A DNA stretch of 46,087 nucleotides from an uncultured Clostridia bacterium (GCA_944364445.1 CALVWC010000003.1:1-46087), one strand, 5' to 3'; numbered from the stretch's first letter, positions 1-10,039 are shown. Numbers and translations: made by a program. The notes: generated from the sequence alone by a model not told the origin.

Positions 1-903
<903 letters not shown>

Positions 904-917
904 TTTTTAATCAATAA

Positions 918-945
918 AAAAACGCTTTAAATCTAAAGCGTTTTT
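918..945. terminator. Bidirectional intrinsic terminator between the collagen gene and rpsT
   Basis: AAAAACGCTTTA-aatc-TAAAGCGTTTTT perfect hairpin between convergent stop codons. Confidence 0.85.
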
Positions 946-946
946 C

Positions 947-1216
947 TTATTTTGTTTTCTTTGCGTTGTCAAGCAATTTTGCAAAGTGTGCTTTCTTACG
1001 ATTTGCAGAGTTTTGATGAATTACATTCTCTCTTGCAGCACTATCAACCAAAGAAGTGAGTTCTTTATAAATTTCTGTGGCTTTTTCAACATCAGTTGCA
1101 AGCGCGTCTTTAAATCTTCTTATGCAGGTTTTGATTTCAGACTTAACAGAATTGTTAACAACTCTTCTTTCTTTTTCAATTAACACTCTTTTTTTTGCTG
1201 ATTTAATGTTTGCCAT
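947..1216 (-). CDS. rpsT: 30S ribosomal protein S20
   Basis: MANIKSAKKR...IHQNSANRKKA; AAGGAG SD before ATG at 1216; divergent from gpr as is usual in Bacillota. Confidence 0.97.
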   Translation of the reverse strand: MANIKSAKKRVLIEKERRVVNNSVKSEIKTCIRRFKDALATDVEKATEIYKELTSLVDSAARENVIHQNSANRKKAHFAKLLDNAKKTK

Positions 1217-1309
1217 GTCTTTCTCCTTAAAAAATTTCATAGAGATTATAACATATTAAAAAGAAAAAATCAACTTATTTTTTACATTTTTTTGGACAAT
1301 ATTATCTTT

Positions 1310-2071
1310 ATGATAGATTTATTAGATGAATGTGGCAAGGATTTAGCGAATTGCGGGTATGAAACAGAAAAACTTGGGAAGTATGAAATCACTTCTTCCA
1401 AACTTTTTATCGACTCCGATGGCAAAGCAAAAAAACTTGGTTTCGATAAGGGACATTATTTTATTCTTAACGCTCCACTTCTTCTTGGGCTGAAAGAAGA
1501 ACATTATAAAATTTTGAAAAATGAGATAAAAGCAAGAGTCAGCGAACTTTTTAAAATTAATAAAGTTAGAAAACAAAGTAAAATTCTTCTTGTTGGAATT
1601 GGAAATCCTGATATAATATCCGATAGTTTCGGCGACGCTGTGATTAAGAAAATTGATATAAAGCCATTTAAGGAAGATAATCATATTTATAAAATTTCGC
1701 CAAACACCTTTTCAAACACTGGTATAAATGCTTATGAAATTATTAGGCTTCTTGTGGAGGCGTTTGACATCTCTTTGGTTATTCTTTTCGATTCGCTTGC
1801 CACAACAAACATTGTAAGGCTTGGCACAAGTGTTCAGTTTAATGACGCAGGGCTGACTCCGGGAAGTGCGATTAATAAATTTGGCATAGCAATAAATTAT
1901 GACAGCTTAAGCGTGCCTTGTTTATCTATTGGTGTGCCTTTTATGATTTCTGCTGGAGATATTTCAAAACATGAGTCGAAGGATTTAATTTTGACAGAAA
2001 AAGACGTGGGTGAGAAAGTGGAGTTTATGTCGGAGGTTGTGGCTGAAGTGTTTAATGATTTGTTGAAGTAG
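1310..2071 (+). CDS. gpr: Germination protease (GPR endopeptidase)
   Basis: ILLVGIGNPDIISDSFG, DSLA...RLGTSVQFNDAGLTPGS and VPCLSIGVP motifs; rpsT-divergent position. Start uncertain (ATG 1310 or TTG 1292). Confidence 0.85.
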   Translation: MIDLLDECGKDLANCGYETEKLGKYEITSSKLFIDSDGKAKKLGFDKGHYFILNAPLLLGLKEEHYKILKNEIKARVSELFKINKVRKQSKILLVGIGNPDIISDSFGDAVIKKIDIKPFKEDNHIYKISPNTFSNTGINAYEIIRLLVEAFDISLVILFDSLATTNIVRLGTSVQFNDAGLTPGSAINKFGIAINYDSLSVPCLSIGVPFMISAGDISKHESKDLILTEKDVGEKVEFMSEVVAEVFNDLLK

Positions 2072-2181
2072 GCGGGCGAAAGTGGCTTTTTGCATGAAAT
2101 TTATGTGCAAGTTAAAAAACTTTTGAAGCAAAAAGCCAGCGTGCGAAGCACGCCCATGCCTTGCATGGACTTTCGCCCGCC
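2071..2181. repeat. GC-rich multi-hairpin (four-way junction) intergenic element, REP/MITE-like or structured RNA
   Basis: 13-bp terminal inverted repeat GGCGGGCGAAAGT/ACTTTCGCCCGCC enclosing three stems: TGGCTTTTTGC/GCAAAAAGCCA, GCGTGC-gaa-GCACGC and CCATGC-ctt-GCATGG. Confidence 0.7.
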
Positions 2182-2226
2182 AGCAAAGTTGTGTTTTAAA
2201 ACAAAATTTAATCATATATAAAACAT

Positions 2227-2940
2227 ATGAAAAAAGTGCTTTTAATAGACAGTGGCTCAGGCGGAGTAAACATATTAAAAGAATGTGTAAAAATTTGCCC
2301 TTATGCTGATTATCTTCTTTTTTGCGACACAAAAAATCTTCCTTATGGCAGTAAAAGTAAAGAAGAGTTAATTGAAATCACCTTTAAAAATTTGGACGAA
2401 ATTTACACGTTTTTTCCTTACGAAATTGTGATTTTTGCTTGCAACACAATAACCAGCACAGTTATTGAAGAAGCAAGAGCAAAATATTTAAATATCATTT
2501 TTATTGGAACAGTGCCTGCAATTAAACCTGCACTATTAACATATCCACCAAACGAAATTCTTCTTATTGCCACAGAGGCGACAATCAATAACAACAAATT
2601 AATTTCAAAATATCGTGACAGCGGAATAAAATTTTTACCTTTAAACTCTCTTGCTCCACTTATAGATGAAAATTTGGATAATTTACAGGTGTTAAGCGAC
2701 TATGTTAAACAAAACATAACCGGCAAGTTTAAAGCCTTGGTGCTTGGTTGCACACACTATCAAGCACTTGCAAATGTATTTAAATCAAATTTCAAAGATG
2801 TGGAAATTTTTGATAGTGCAAATGGCGTGGCAAGGAGATTGCTTTCGTTCATAAAAAAAGGCGAAGGCTATCAAGTGCAAATTATGTGCAATGATTTTTT
2901 CCTTCGCGATAGGTTTTTGTGGTATTTTTTTAAAAATTAA
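2227..2940 (+). CDS. murI: Glutamate racemase
   Basis: DSGSGG, PYGSK, ACNT and LGCTHY motifs (both catalytic Cys present). Confidence 0.93.
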   Translation: MKKVLLIDSGSGGVNILKECVKICPYADYLLFCDTKNLPYGSKSKEELIEITFKNLDEIYTFFPYEIVIFACNTITSTVIEEARAKYLNIIFIGTVPAIKPALLTYPPNEILLIATEATINNNKLISKYRDSGIKFLPLNSLAPLIDENLDNLQVLSDYVKQNITGKFKALVLGCTHYQALANVFKSNFKDVEIFDSANGVARRLLSFIKKGEGYQVQIMCNDFFLRDRFLWYFFKN

Positions 2941-4454
2941 TCATCAAATAGATTTGTTGATAAAAACACTGGGTCACAGGTGATATTTATGCCAAGTTTT
3001 TTAAGGGTGTTTTCCTCGCTGGATGGCAAAATGTAGGTGCAATGTGCTTCGCAGTTTTTGAGGTTTGGAAGCTCATCGATTGCTTTCTTAGCCTTAGGAT
3101 TTTTTGCCGAACAAATGGAGAGTGCCACTAAAATATCATCGATTGTTAAAAGGGTGGAGTGAGATTTCAAGATGTTTGTGCGATATTCCACGATTGGCAA
3201 AAGGATGTCGTCAGTTATCACATCAAAATCATCGCCAAGGTCAGCAAGTGTTCTTAAGGCGTTCAAAACGACAGCGCCACTTGCGGTGATGATTTTCTTA
3301 GATTTCCCTGTCACAATTTCGCCGTCATTTAGTTCCAGTGCCACGGTTGGATAGCCACTGTCTTTTGCGGTGTCGCGAGAAACAGAGATGACTTTTAAAA
3401 GGTCGTCGGTGATGTTCACTTCGCTGACAAGTGATTTGTTTCTTTCCAAAGTGTCAAAAGTTGCAAGACCACGCTTAAAGTCACATTCAGCGCGATAATA
3501 ACGCCTTAAAATTTCTTTCTTAGCAGAAACTACTGCAAGTTTATCATCGATTATGGCATCAGCAATCATATTGACACCCATATCAGTTGGCGACTTATAA
3601 ATATCTTTGTTTGTGATTTTGTGAAGGATGTTTTGAAGAATTGGAAAAACGGCGATATCGCGATTATAATTTATGGCAAGTTTGCCGTAAGCATTGAAGT
3701 GAAAAGGGTCGATTTGATTGACATCTTGTAGGTCTGCCGTTGCTGCTTCATAAGCGATGTTCACTGGGTGTTTGAGTGGCAAATTCCACACTGGGAAGGT
3801 TTCAAATTTTGCATATCCTGCTTTAACACCTTTTTTATATTCATGATATAACTGTGAAAGGCATGTTGCAAGTTTTCCGCTTGATGGACCCGGTGCTGTC
3901 ACAACAACGAGTGGGCGAGTGGTTTCAATATATGGATTTTTACCATATCCCTCCTCGGAAACTATGGTTTCAACATCGTTTGGATAGCCTTTTGTGTAGC
4001 GATGTATGTAAACTTTTTCTCCGCGTTGCTCCAATTTTTGCTGGAATTTCATGGCGCTCGTTTGACCTTTGAAAAGAGTGATAACAAAGGCGGAAACATA
4101 AAGTCCAAGGGCACGAAGATTATCAACAAGTCGCAAAACCTCGTCGGCATAGTTCAAGCCAAGGTCTGCACGAATTTTGTTTTTTTCAATGTCGTTGGCA
4201 CTGACGCAAAAAACTATTTCTGTTTTATTCTTCATCTTTTGAAGAAGTTTAATTTTGATGTTAGGGTCAAATCCCGGAAGAACGCGAGAGGCGTGCAAAT
4301 CATCAAAAATTTTTCCACCGAATTCAAGGTATAGTTTGTTGTTGAATTTTTTAATTCTTTTGTTGATGTTTTCGCTTTGAAGTTTTAAGTAAAGTTCGTT
4401 GTCAAAGCAAATATTTTTGTTTTTAACATTTTTTGTTTTCTTTGTGTTTTTCAT
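2937..4454 (-). CDS. DUF1846 (UPF0371) family protein
   Basis: KLYLEFGGKIFDDLHASRVLPGF, VTAPGPSSGKLATCLSQLYHE, YAKFETFPVWNLPLKHPVN; GGAG SD 6-7 nt before ATG 4454. Confidence 0.88.
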   Translation of the reverse strand: MKNTKKTKNVKNKNICFDNELYLKLQSENINKRIKKFNNKLYLEFGGKIFDDLHASRVLPGFDPNIKIKLLQKMKNKTEIVFCVSANDIEKNKIRADLGLNYADEVLRLVDNLRALGLYVSAFVITLFKGQTSAMKFQQKLEQRGEKVYIHRYTKGYPNDVETIVSEEGYGKNPYIETTRPLVVVTAPGPSSGKLATCLSQLYHEYKKGVKAGYAKFETFPVWNLPLKHPVNIAYEAATADLQDVNQIDPFHFNAYGKLAINYNRDIAVFPILQNILHKITNKDIYKSPTDMGVNMIADAIIDDKLAVVSAKKEILRRYYRAECDFKRGLATFDTLERNKSLVSEVNITDDLLKVISVSRDTAKDSGYPTVALELNDGEIVTGKSKKIITASGAVVLNALRTLADLGDDFDVITDDILLPIVEYRTNILKSHSTLLTIDDILVALSICSAKNPKAKKAIDELPNLKNCEAHCTYILPSSEENTLKKLGINITCDPVFLSTNLFDD

Positions 4455-4546
4455 ATCCAATCTCCTAAAAGTAATTATAACCCATCTTGCGAAAAAATCA
4501 TAACAATTTGAGGTATTTTTATTTTTTTGTGGTGCAAATTATATCT

Positions 4547-5101
4547 ATGGATATAAAAACATCCCTTCTTCTTATCATTCCAGCGGTTGTTATCATTCTT
4601 CTTGTCTTCCCAATTTTTGTGGAAGTAAAGCTTTCTTTTAATCCAATTTTAAACCGCGGGGTTGTTGCACTTTTTATTTTCAAAAAGAAAATTATTTATT
4701 ATTATGTTGAGTTTCATGGAAAATACATCACTTTAAAAAATGACACAGAAACAAGGCAAGAGGAAATAGAGTTTGCAAGTCCTCAGTTTGCAATCATTGA
4801 AGAGTTTATTAGGCAGGTGAAAGATAAGATTAGGCTTAAACACCTTTTTATTTATTATAATATTGGACTTGGCGATGCGTTCAGGTCAGCAATGGTTTGC
4901 TCGGCATTTAACCAATTAATCAATTTTTTCTTTATAAATTTAAAGAGTAGAAAACCCACGGCTTCGCTTTGTTTATATGACACAGTGTCTTATAATCGCG
5001 AAATTTTTGAGGTGGCAGGGCGTATGAAAATTTCAATTTCTTTGTTTGATTTGGTATATTCTTTCATTTATTCAACCATAATAGTTAAAAGCAAAAACTA
5101 A
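4547..5101 (+). CDS. YtfI-like / DUF2953 membrane-anchored sporulation protein
   Basis: N-terminal TM helix, IGLGDAFRSAM motif (GxxDAxxTA-like), directly upstream of ytfJ. Confidence 0.6.
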   Translation: MDIKTSLLLIIPAVVIILLVFPIFVEVKLSFNPILNRGVVALFIFKKKIIYYYVEFHGKYITLKNDTETRQEEIEFASPQFAIIEEFIRQVKDKIRLKHLFIYYNIGLGDAFRSAMVCSAFNQLINFFFINLKSRKPTASLCLYDTVSYNREIFEVAGRMKISISLFDLVYSFIYSTIIVKSKN

Positions 5102-5154
5102 ACTATATATTGTGTAATATGCAAGCAAAAACACAATTTGTGGTGTGGTATGCA
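5100..5154. promoter_or_regulatory. Tandem NrdR-box-like sites (31-bp period), each followed by RRTATGCA
   Basis: AAACTATATATTGTGT (5100-5115) and ACACAATTTGTGGTGT (5131-5146) versus consensus acaCwAtATaTwGtgt. Confidence 0.45.
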
Positions 5155-5164
5155 GGGAGGATTT

Positions 5165-5563
5165 ATGAAAAATTTTTCAGAAGACAGAACGGTTAACGAC
5201 CTTATTTCTAACGCTTTCGACAAAATTAAAACCATTGTTGACACACAAACAATCGTGGGTGAAAGATTGGATTTAAGCGACGGAACTGTGATTATTCCTA
5301 TATCAAAAGTGACGGTTGGCTATGTGGTTGGCGGTGGAGAATATGCCGATTTGTCTGCAAGACGCGTGGCTAATCATTATCCACTTTCTGGCGGTAGCGG
5401 TGGCGGTATGAGTGTGACGCCAGTTGGTTTTTTAATTGAAAAAGACGGAGATGTCACATTTGTTAATGTGGAAAACAAAACTCTTTACCAAACTGTTTTA
5501 AATATGTTTAACACCTTTTTAAATGCCATGCAAAAGGAAACGGAGGAAAAAGATGAAAAATAG
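5165..5563 (+). CDS. ytfJ: GerW/YtfJ family sporulation protein
   Basis: VDTQTIVGE...IIPISKVTVGYVVGGGEY...GGSGGGMSVTPVGFL; GGAGG SD. Confidence 0.9.
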   Translation: MKNFSEDRTVNDLISNAFDKIKTIVDTQTIVGERLDLSDGTVIIPISKVTVGYVVGGGEYADLSARRVANHYPLSGGSGGGMSVTPVGFLIEKDGDVTFVNVENKTLYQTVLNMFNTFLNAMQKETEEKDEK

Positions 5564-6701
5564 GAAAATCATCCTCTCTTTCGTTGCCTTTTTGCTTTTG
5601 GCAGGAATTTTATTCTCTTCTTTTTCCACTTTGTTTTTTGCTTTGAAAACAAGTGCGGAAAACTTATATACTTCTGCTGTGGGAGGATGCGTTATTGAGG
5701 CGGAAAGTGGCAGAGTTTTGTTTGAAAAAAACAAGGATAAAAAAGTTCCCATGGCAAGCACCACAAAAATTATGACGGCAATCACCGCAATCGAAAACTG
5801 CGAAAATCTTGATGAAAAATTTGAAATTTCTCCAAAAGCGGTGGGCGTGGAAGGCACTTCACTCTATTTAAGAAAGGGTGATGTTTATTCCACTCGTGAC
5901 CTACTGTTTGCTCTTATGCTTATCTCTGGAAATGACGCCTCGGTGGCTATTGCAGAACGCGTTGCTGGCTCGACAAGCGAGTTTGTCACGCTTATGAACG
6001 ACCTTGCAAAAAAGATTGGAGCAAATAACACCCATTTTGCCAACACTCACGGTTTGGATGCTGATGGGCATTACACCACAGCATATGACCTTGCAAAGAT
6101 TACCGAATACGCTTTAAACAACGACACCTTTCGTGAAATTGTTTCCACAAAAAACACAAAAATCACAAATGGAAATGGCGAAAATAGATATCTAAAAAAC
6201 AAAAACAAACTTTTGTTCACGCTTGATGGTTGTATCGGTGTGAAAACAGGCTTCACCAATGACGCGGGCAGGTGTTTGGTTTCGGCGGTTGAAAGAAATG
6301 GTATGCGTCTAGTTTGCGTGGTGTTAAATTGTGGACCTATGTTTGAAGAAAGTGCCACACTTTTAAACGAATGTGCAAATCGCTTTAAAAAAGTGGATAT
6401 AACCTCATTATATAACTACAATAATGAAGTGGAAGTTTTGGACGGACGCGAAAAAACAGCAAAAATCGGCACAAAGGAAAAGTTTTTCTACCCACTAACT
6501 GATAAGGAAATGGAAAGTTTGGAAATTAAATATTCTCTTCCAGAAAATTTGACCGCACCACTAAACAAGGATAGTGAGGTTGGAAAAATTGAAGTATTTT
6601 TGAATAAAGACTTGCTTTTCTCTGAAAAAGTTTATACAATAGATGATATAAAATCTAAAACACTTTGGCAAAGATTAAAGGAATTTGCAGGAAAGTGGTA
6701 A
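5553..6701 (+). CDS. dacB: D-alanyl-D-alanine carboxypeptidase (peptidase S11, DacB-type)
   Basis: Signal peptide, MASTTK (SxxK), SGNDA (SxN), KTG motifs; ytfJ-dacB synteny. Confidence 0.85.
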   Translation: MKNRKIILSFVAFLLLAGILFSSFSTLFFALKTSAENLYTSAVGGCVIEAESGRVLFEKNKDKKVPMASTTKIMTAITAIENCENLDEKFEISPKAVGVEGTSLYLRKGDVYSTRDLLFALMLISGNDASVAIAERVAGSTSEFVTLMNDLAKKIGANNTHFANTHGLDADGHYTTAYDLAKITEYALNNDTFREIVSTKNTKITNGNGENRYLKNKNKLLFTLDGCIGVKTGFTNDAGRCLVSAVERNGMRLVCVVLNCGPMFEESATLLNECANRFKKVDITSLYNYNNEVEVLDGREKTAKIGTKEKFFYPLTDKEMESLEIKYSLPENLTAPLNKDSEVGKIEVFLNKDLLFSEKVYTIDDIKSKTLWQRLKEFAGKW

Positions 6702-6713
6702 AAGGAACTTTTC

Positions 6714-7418
6714 ATGAGATTAAACAAATTTTTAAGCACAGCTGGCGTAGCCTCAAGAAGAAAATGTGATGAACTAATTAAAGACGGAAAAATCTATGTC
6801 AACGGCGAGGTGCAATCTAACCTCGGCATAGTTATAGACGAAAAGAAAGATGTTGTGGAATATTTAGGGGAAAGGGTAATTTTACCTTCCTCTTTTATCT
6901 ATCTAAAAATGAACAAGCCAAAGGGATATGCCTGCACAGCAAGTGACGAAAAGGGAAGAAAAACCATTTTCGACCTTTTGGAAGATAAAAGCGTGCGCTT
7001 ATTTAATGTTGGAAGGCTGGATTATGACACCGAAGGGCTTATCTTTCTAACCAACGACGGAGAATTTGCCAACGGCGTTATTCATCCAAAATTTCAAATT
7101 GAAAAGGAATATATTGTCACGGTTGAAGGCGCGATGAAGGAAAGTGAGTTTGCGGTTTTACGAAAAGGTGCAGTGATTAATGGCGAGCGTATGCCAAGTG
7201 CAAGAGTGAACCCAATTTCTTTCGACGGAAAAGTGACAAAACTTTCAGTGGTAATCACAGAAGGGCAAAATCACCAAGTGCGAAGAATGTTTGACGCGAT
7301 TGGAAGGGATATTAAACTTCTTAAACGCGTGCGAATTGGAAGCGTACATTTAGGAAATCTTTTTCGCGGAAAAACAAAACCTATGACAGCCGAAGAAGTT
7401 GAAAGTTTTTTAAAGTAG
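6714..7418 (+). CDS. rluB: rRNA pseudouridine synthase (RsuA/RluB family)
   Basis: N-terminal S4 domain MRLNKFLS..GVASRR, NKPKGY, VGRLDYDTEGL, EGQNHQVRRM. Confidence 0.9.
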   Translation: MRLNKFLSTAGVASRRKCDELIKDGKIYVNGEVQSNLGIVIDEKKDVVEYLGERVILPSSFIYLKMNKPKGYACTASDEKGRKTIFDLLEDKSVRLFNVGRLDYDTEGLIFLTNDGEFANGVIHPKFQIEKEYIVTVEGAMKESEFAVLRKGAVINGERMPSARVNPISFDGKVTKLSVVITEGQNHQVRRMFDAIGRDIKLLKRVRIGSVHLGNLFRGKTKPMTAEEVESFLK

Positions 7419-7428
7419 GAGGATATAC

Positions 7429-7986
7429 ATGAAATTATATCATGGTTCTCAAAATGGAGATTTAAAAGAACTTAAAACAAACTTTAAAACGGCTAGAGAG
7501 AATGAAGAGGGAAAAGTTTTTTTGACGGATAGTTATGCTTGTGCGTTTATGTATGGTGCTTGCAGTTCAAGATTTTATGGCTATGATAAAGAAAATGATG
7601 TTTTAGTTATTCAAGAAAAAGCGCCAAATGGGTTAAAGAAAATGTATTCTGGACATGGATGTTTTATTTATTCGGTGGATGTAAAAAATGCAGAGAAATA
7701 TGAAAACCATCCAATTAAAAACCATGTTTACACTCTCACAGAAAATGTGAAATTGGATAACAAAGAGAAGATTGATGATTGTTATCAAAAACTTTTGGAA
7801 TTAGAAAAGGAAAAGGCTCTTAAAATTGTTAGGTGGGAAGACTTAAGTGAAGAAGAGCAAAAAAGGTGTAAAAATAACTTTATCAACACTTTTAAACCAT
7901 ATATGAATATAGAAAAGCAAAATTTTCCAGAAGAGTATAATCTTCTTGTTTCGCTTTATAAAGAACTTGAAGTTGAGGACAATTAA
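7429..7986 (+). CDS. Hypothetical protein with putative ADP-ribosyltransferase-like fold
   Basis: LYHGS...VFLTDS...A..Y...FIYSV pattern resembles the ART-fold N-terminal motifs; AGGAGG SD. Function is inference. Confidence 0.55.
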   Translation: MKLYHGSQNGDLKELKTNFKTARENEEGKVFLTDSYACAFMYGACSSRFYGYDKENDVLVIQEKAPNGLKKMYSGHGCFIYSVDVKNAEKYENHPIKNHVYTLTENVKLDNKEKIDDCYQKLLELEKEKALKIVRWEDLSEEEQKRCKNNFINTFKPYMNIEKQNFPEEYNLLVSLYKELEVEDN

Positions 7987-7987
7987 T

Positions 7988-9184
7988 ATGAAAATTGGAA
8001 TTGTGGGTGCGGGTGCATCAGGGCTTATGCTGGCTGGACTTTTGAAGAAAAAGGGCTTTGATGTTTATGTTTTTGATAAAAATGAAAAATGCGGAAAAAA
8101 GTTATACATAACTGGCAAAGGGCGATGTAATTTGACCAATCTTTGCTTGCCAGATGAATTTTTGAAGAATGTGGTGCGAGGTGAAAAGTTTTTGCGAAGT
8201 GCCATATACAATTTTCCGCCAAGTGAGTGTGTGAGATTTTTTAATGATTTAGGCTTGGAAACAAAAGTGGAAAGAGGAAACAGAGTTTTTCCAAAAAGCG
8301 ATAAATCAAGCGATGTTATCAAAACTCTTACAAAATTTTGCGAGGGTGTTAAGTTTAAGTTTTGTGAAGATGTGAAAAGTGTCACTTTCAACGGCGATTT
8401 TTGTTTAAAAACGCAAAAAGAGGAATATCATTTTGATAAGGTTGTAATTGCCACAGGAGGTGCAAGTTATTCTTCCACTGGCAGTGATGGAAGCGGATAT
8501 AAACTAGCAAAAAGTTTTGGACATAGTGTGGAGGAAATTAAACCAGCACTTTGTCCGATAAAGTTAAATGACGATGTTTCGTCTTTGCAAGGAGTGTCAC
8601 TTAAAAATGTTGCCATAAATGCGGAGGCAGACAAGAAAAAAAATCACCTTTTTGGTGAGATGATGTTCACAGATGTTGGAATAACTGGACCTATTGTTTT
8701 AAGTTTGTCAAGTTTAATCAATCGTGCTTCAAATGTGAAAATTTCCTTGGATTTAAAACCAGCGCTTGATGAAAAAACACTTGATGCAAGGCTACTTCGC
8801 GACTTTGATGCAAATAAAAACAAAAATTTTCTCTTCGTTTTAAAAGGACTTATGCCTCAGACACTTTGTAAATTTTTTGCTGAGAAGTGTGAAGTTTTTG
8901 TGGATAAAAAGGTGCATGACATAACAAAAGAAGAGAGGGTAAGGGTGGTTAAAACTTTAAAAAATCTTCCTCTTTCATATAATGGACTTTATCCTCTTGA
9001 AACGGGCATAATCACAAGTGGAGGGGTTAAGTTGGCGGAAGTCAATCCAAAAACTTTTGAAAGCAAACTTCAAAGTGGCTTATATTTTGTGGGCGAAGTT
9101 TTGGACCTTGACGCGTTAACAGGGGGATTTAATCTTCAAATTGCTTTTGCCACAAGTTATTTGTGTGCATTAAATTTGAATTAG
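7988..9184 (+). CDS. HI0933/BaiN/YhiN-family NAD(P)/FAD-dependent oxidoreductase
   Basis: GAGASG, GKKLYITGKGRCNLTN, ATGG.SY..TGSDGSGY, TSGGV, GEVLDLDALTGGFNLQIAF. Confidence 0.92.
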   Translation: MKIGIVGAGASGLMLAGLLKKKGFDVYVFDKNEKCGKKLYITGKGRCNLTNLCLPDEFLKNVVRGEKFLRSAIYNFPPSECVRFFNDLGLETKVERGNRVFPKSDKSSDVIKTLTKFCEGVKFKFCEDVKSVTFNGDFCLKTQKEEYHFDKVVIATGGASYSSTGSDGSGYKLAKSFGHSVEEIKPALCPIKLNDDVSSLQGVSLKNVAINAEADKKKNHLFGEMMFTDVGITGPIVLSLSSLINRASNVKISLDLKPALDEKTLDARLLRDFDANKNKNFLFVLKGLMPQTLCKFFAEKCEVFVDKKVHDITKEERVRVVKTLKNLPLSYNGLYPLETGIITSGGVKLAEVNPKTFESKLQSGLYFVGEVLDLDALTGGFNLQIAFATSYLCALNLN

Positions 9185-9252
9185 CAATATTTGTTTGACA
9201 AACAACATAGAAATGATATATAAAAGATAGAGAATTAAATTTAGGAGGCGTT

Positions 9253-9870
9253 ATGCTACTTTGGCTGGCGAGAATATTGCTTTGGATACCACTTTCCATT
9301 ATGCATCCAACATATATTTATGGAAGAAAAAATAGACCAAAAGGCAAGGCGATACTTTGTTCCAATCATCGCTCTAATTGGGATATTGTCAACTATCTTC
9401 TTCACACCAAGGAAAAAGTTGTGATTTTGGCAAAAAAAGAACTTACAAAAAATAAGTTTTTTGGTTTTATCTTAAAACATTTGGGAGCAATTTTTATCGA
9501 CCGTGAGGGCAATGATATCAACGCGATTAAAGAATGTATGAAAGCATTAAAAGCGGATAAGAAATTGTTTATTTTTCCAGAAGGCACACGCCTTAAAGAT
9601 GAAAGTGCGATTATGGGCGAAATTAAAAGTGGGCTTGCACTCATTGCTATTAAAACAAAAACTCCTATTGTGCCTATGTGGGTGGTGCAAAAGCCAAGAT
9701 TGTTTAGAAAATCACAATGTATTATTGGCAAGCCGTTTGAACTTAGCGAATTTTATGGCAAAAAACTGGACGAAGAAACTTTGAACGAAGCAAATAATAT
9801 TGTTCGTGATAAAATGTTGGAACTTTATTATAATCAAGAAGAACTTCTTGGTAAAAAGAAAAAAAAGTGA
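9253..9870 (+). CDS. plsC: 1-acyl-sn-glycerol-3-phosphate acyltransferase
   Basis: NHRSNWD (HX4D), FIDR and FPEGTR motifs; AGGAGG SD; TTGACA promoter near 9195. Confidence 0.9.
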   Translation: MLLWLARILLWIPLSIMHPTYIYGRKNRPKGKAILCSNHRSNWDIVNYLLHTKEKVVILAKKELTKNKFFGFILKHLGAIFIDREGNDINAIKECMKALKADKKLFIFPEGTRLKDESAIMGEIKSGLALIAIKTKTPIVPMWVVQKPRLFRKSQCIIGKPFELSEFYGKKLDEETLNEANNIVRDKMLELYYNQEELLGKKKKK

Positions 9871-9888
9871 TTTTTATGCTGTTTTTAT

Positions 9889-9921
9889 TGCATACCACCA
9901 CAAGATGTTGTGTAGTATGCA
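9889..9921. repeat. 33-bp palindromic element with NrdR-box-like core (copy 1)
   Basis: TGCATACCACCACAAGATGTTGTGTAGTATGCA; 30/33 identical to the reverse complement of 32976..33008. Confidence 0.75.
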
Positions 9922-10039
9922 ATTTTTTTGTTGTTTGTGTGGTATATCAAAAAATTTTCGAATATATTTAATTTTCTTTGACTTTTTTCCTTTTATTTGG
10001 TATATTATAACAAATGATAAACAAGACAAGAGGGCAAAA

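Noticed and set aside
1985-2332. 115-aa minus-strand ORF across the hairpin element
   Set aside because: Overlaps gpr and murI antisense; no transposase motifs.
9800-10039. N-terminal extension of S1 (and similar extensions on plsX, pta, rarA and the HIT-RNase H gene)
   Set aside because: ORF-caller over-extension through promoter DNA; downstream ATGs fit the SD/promoter positions and family N-termini.
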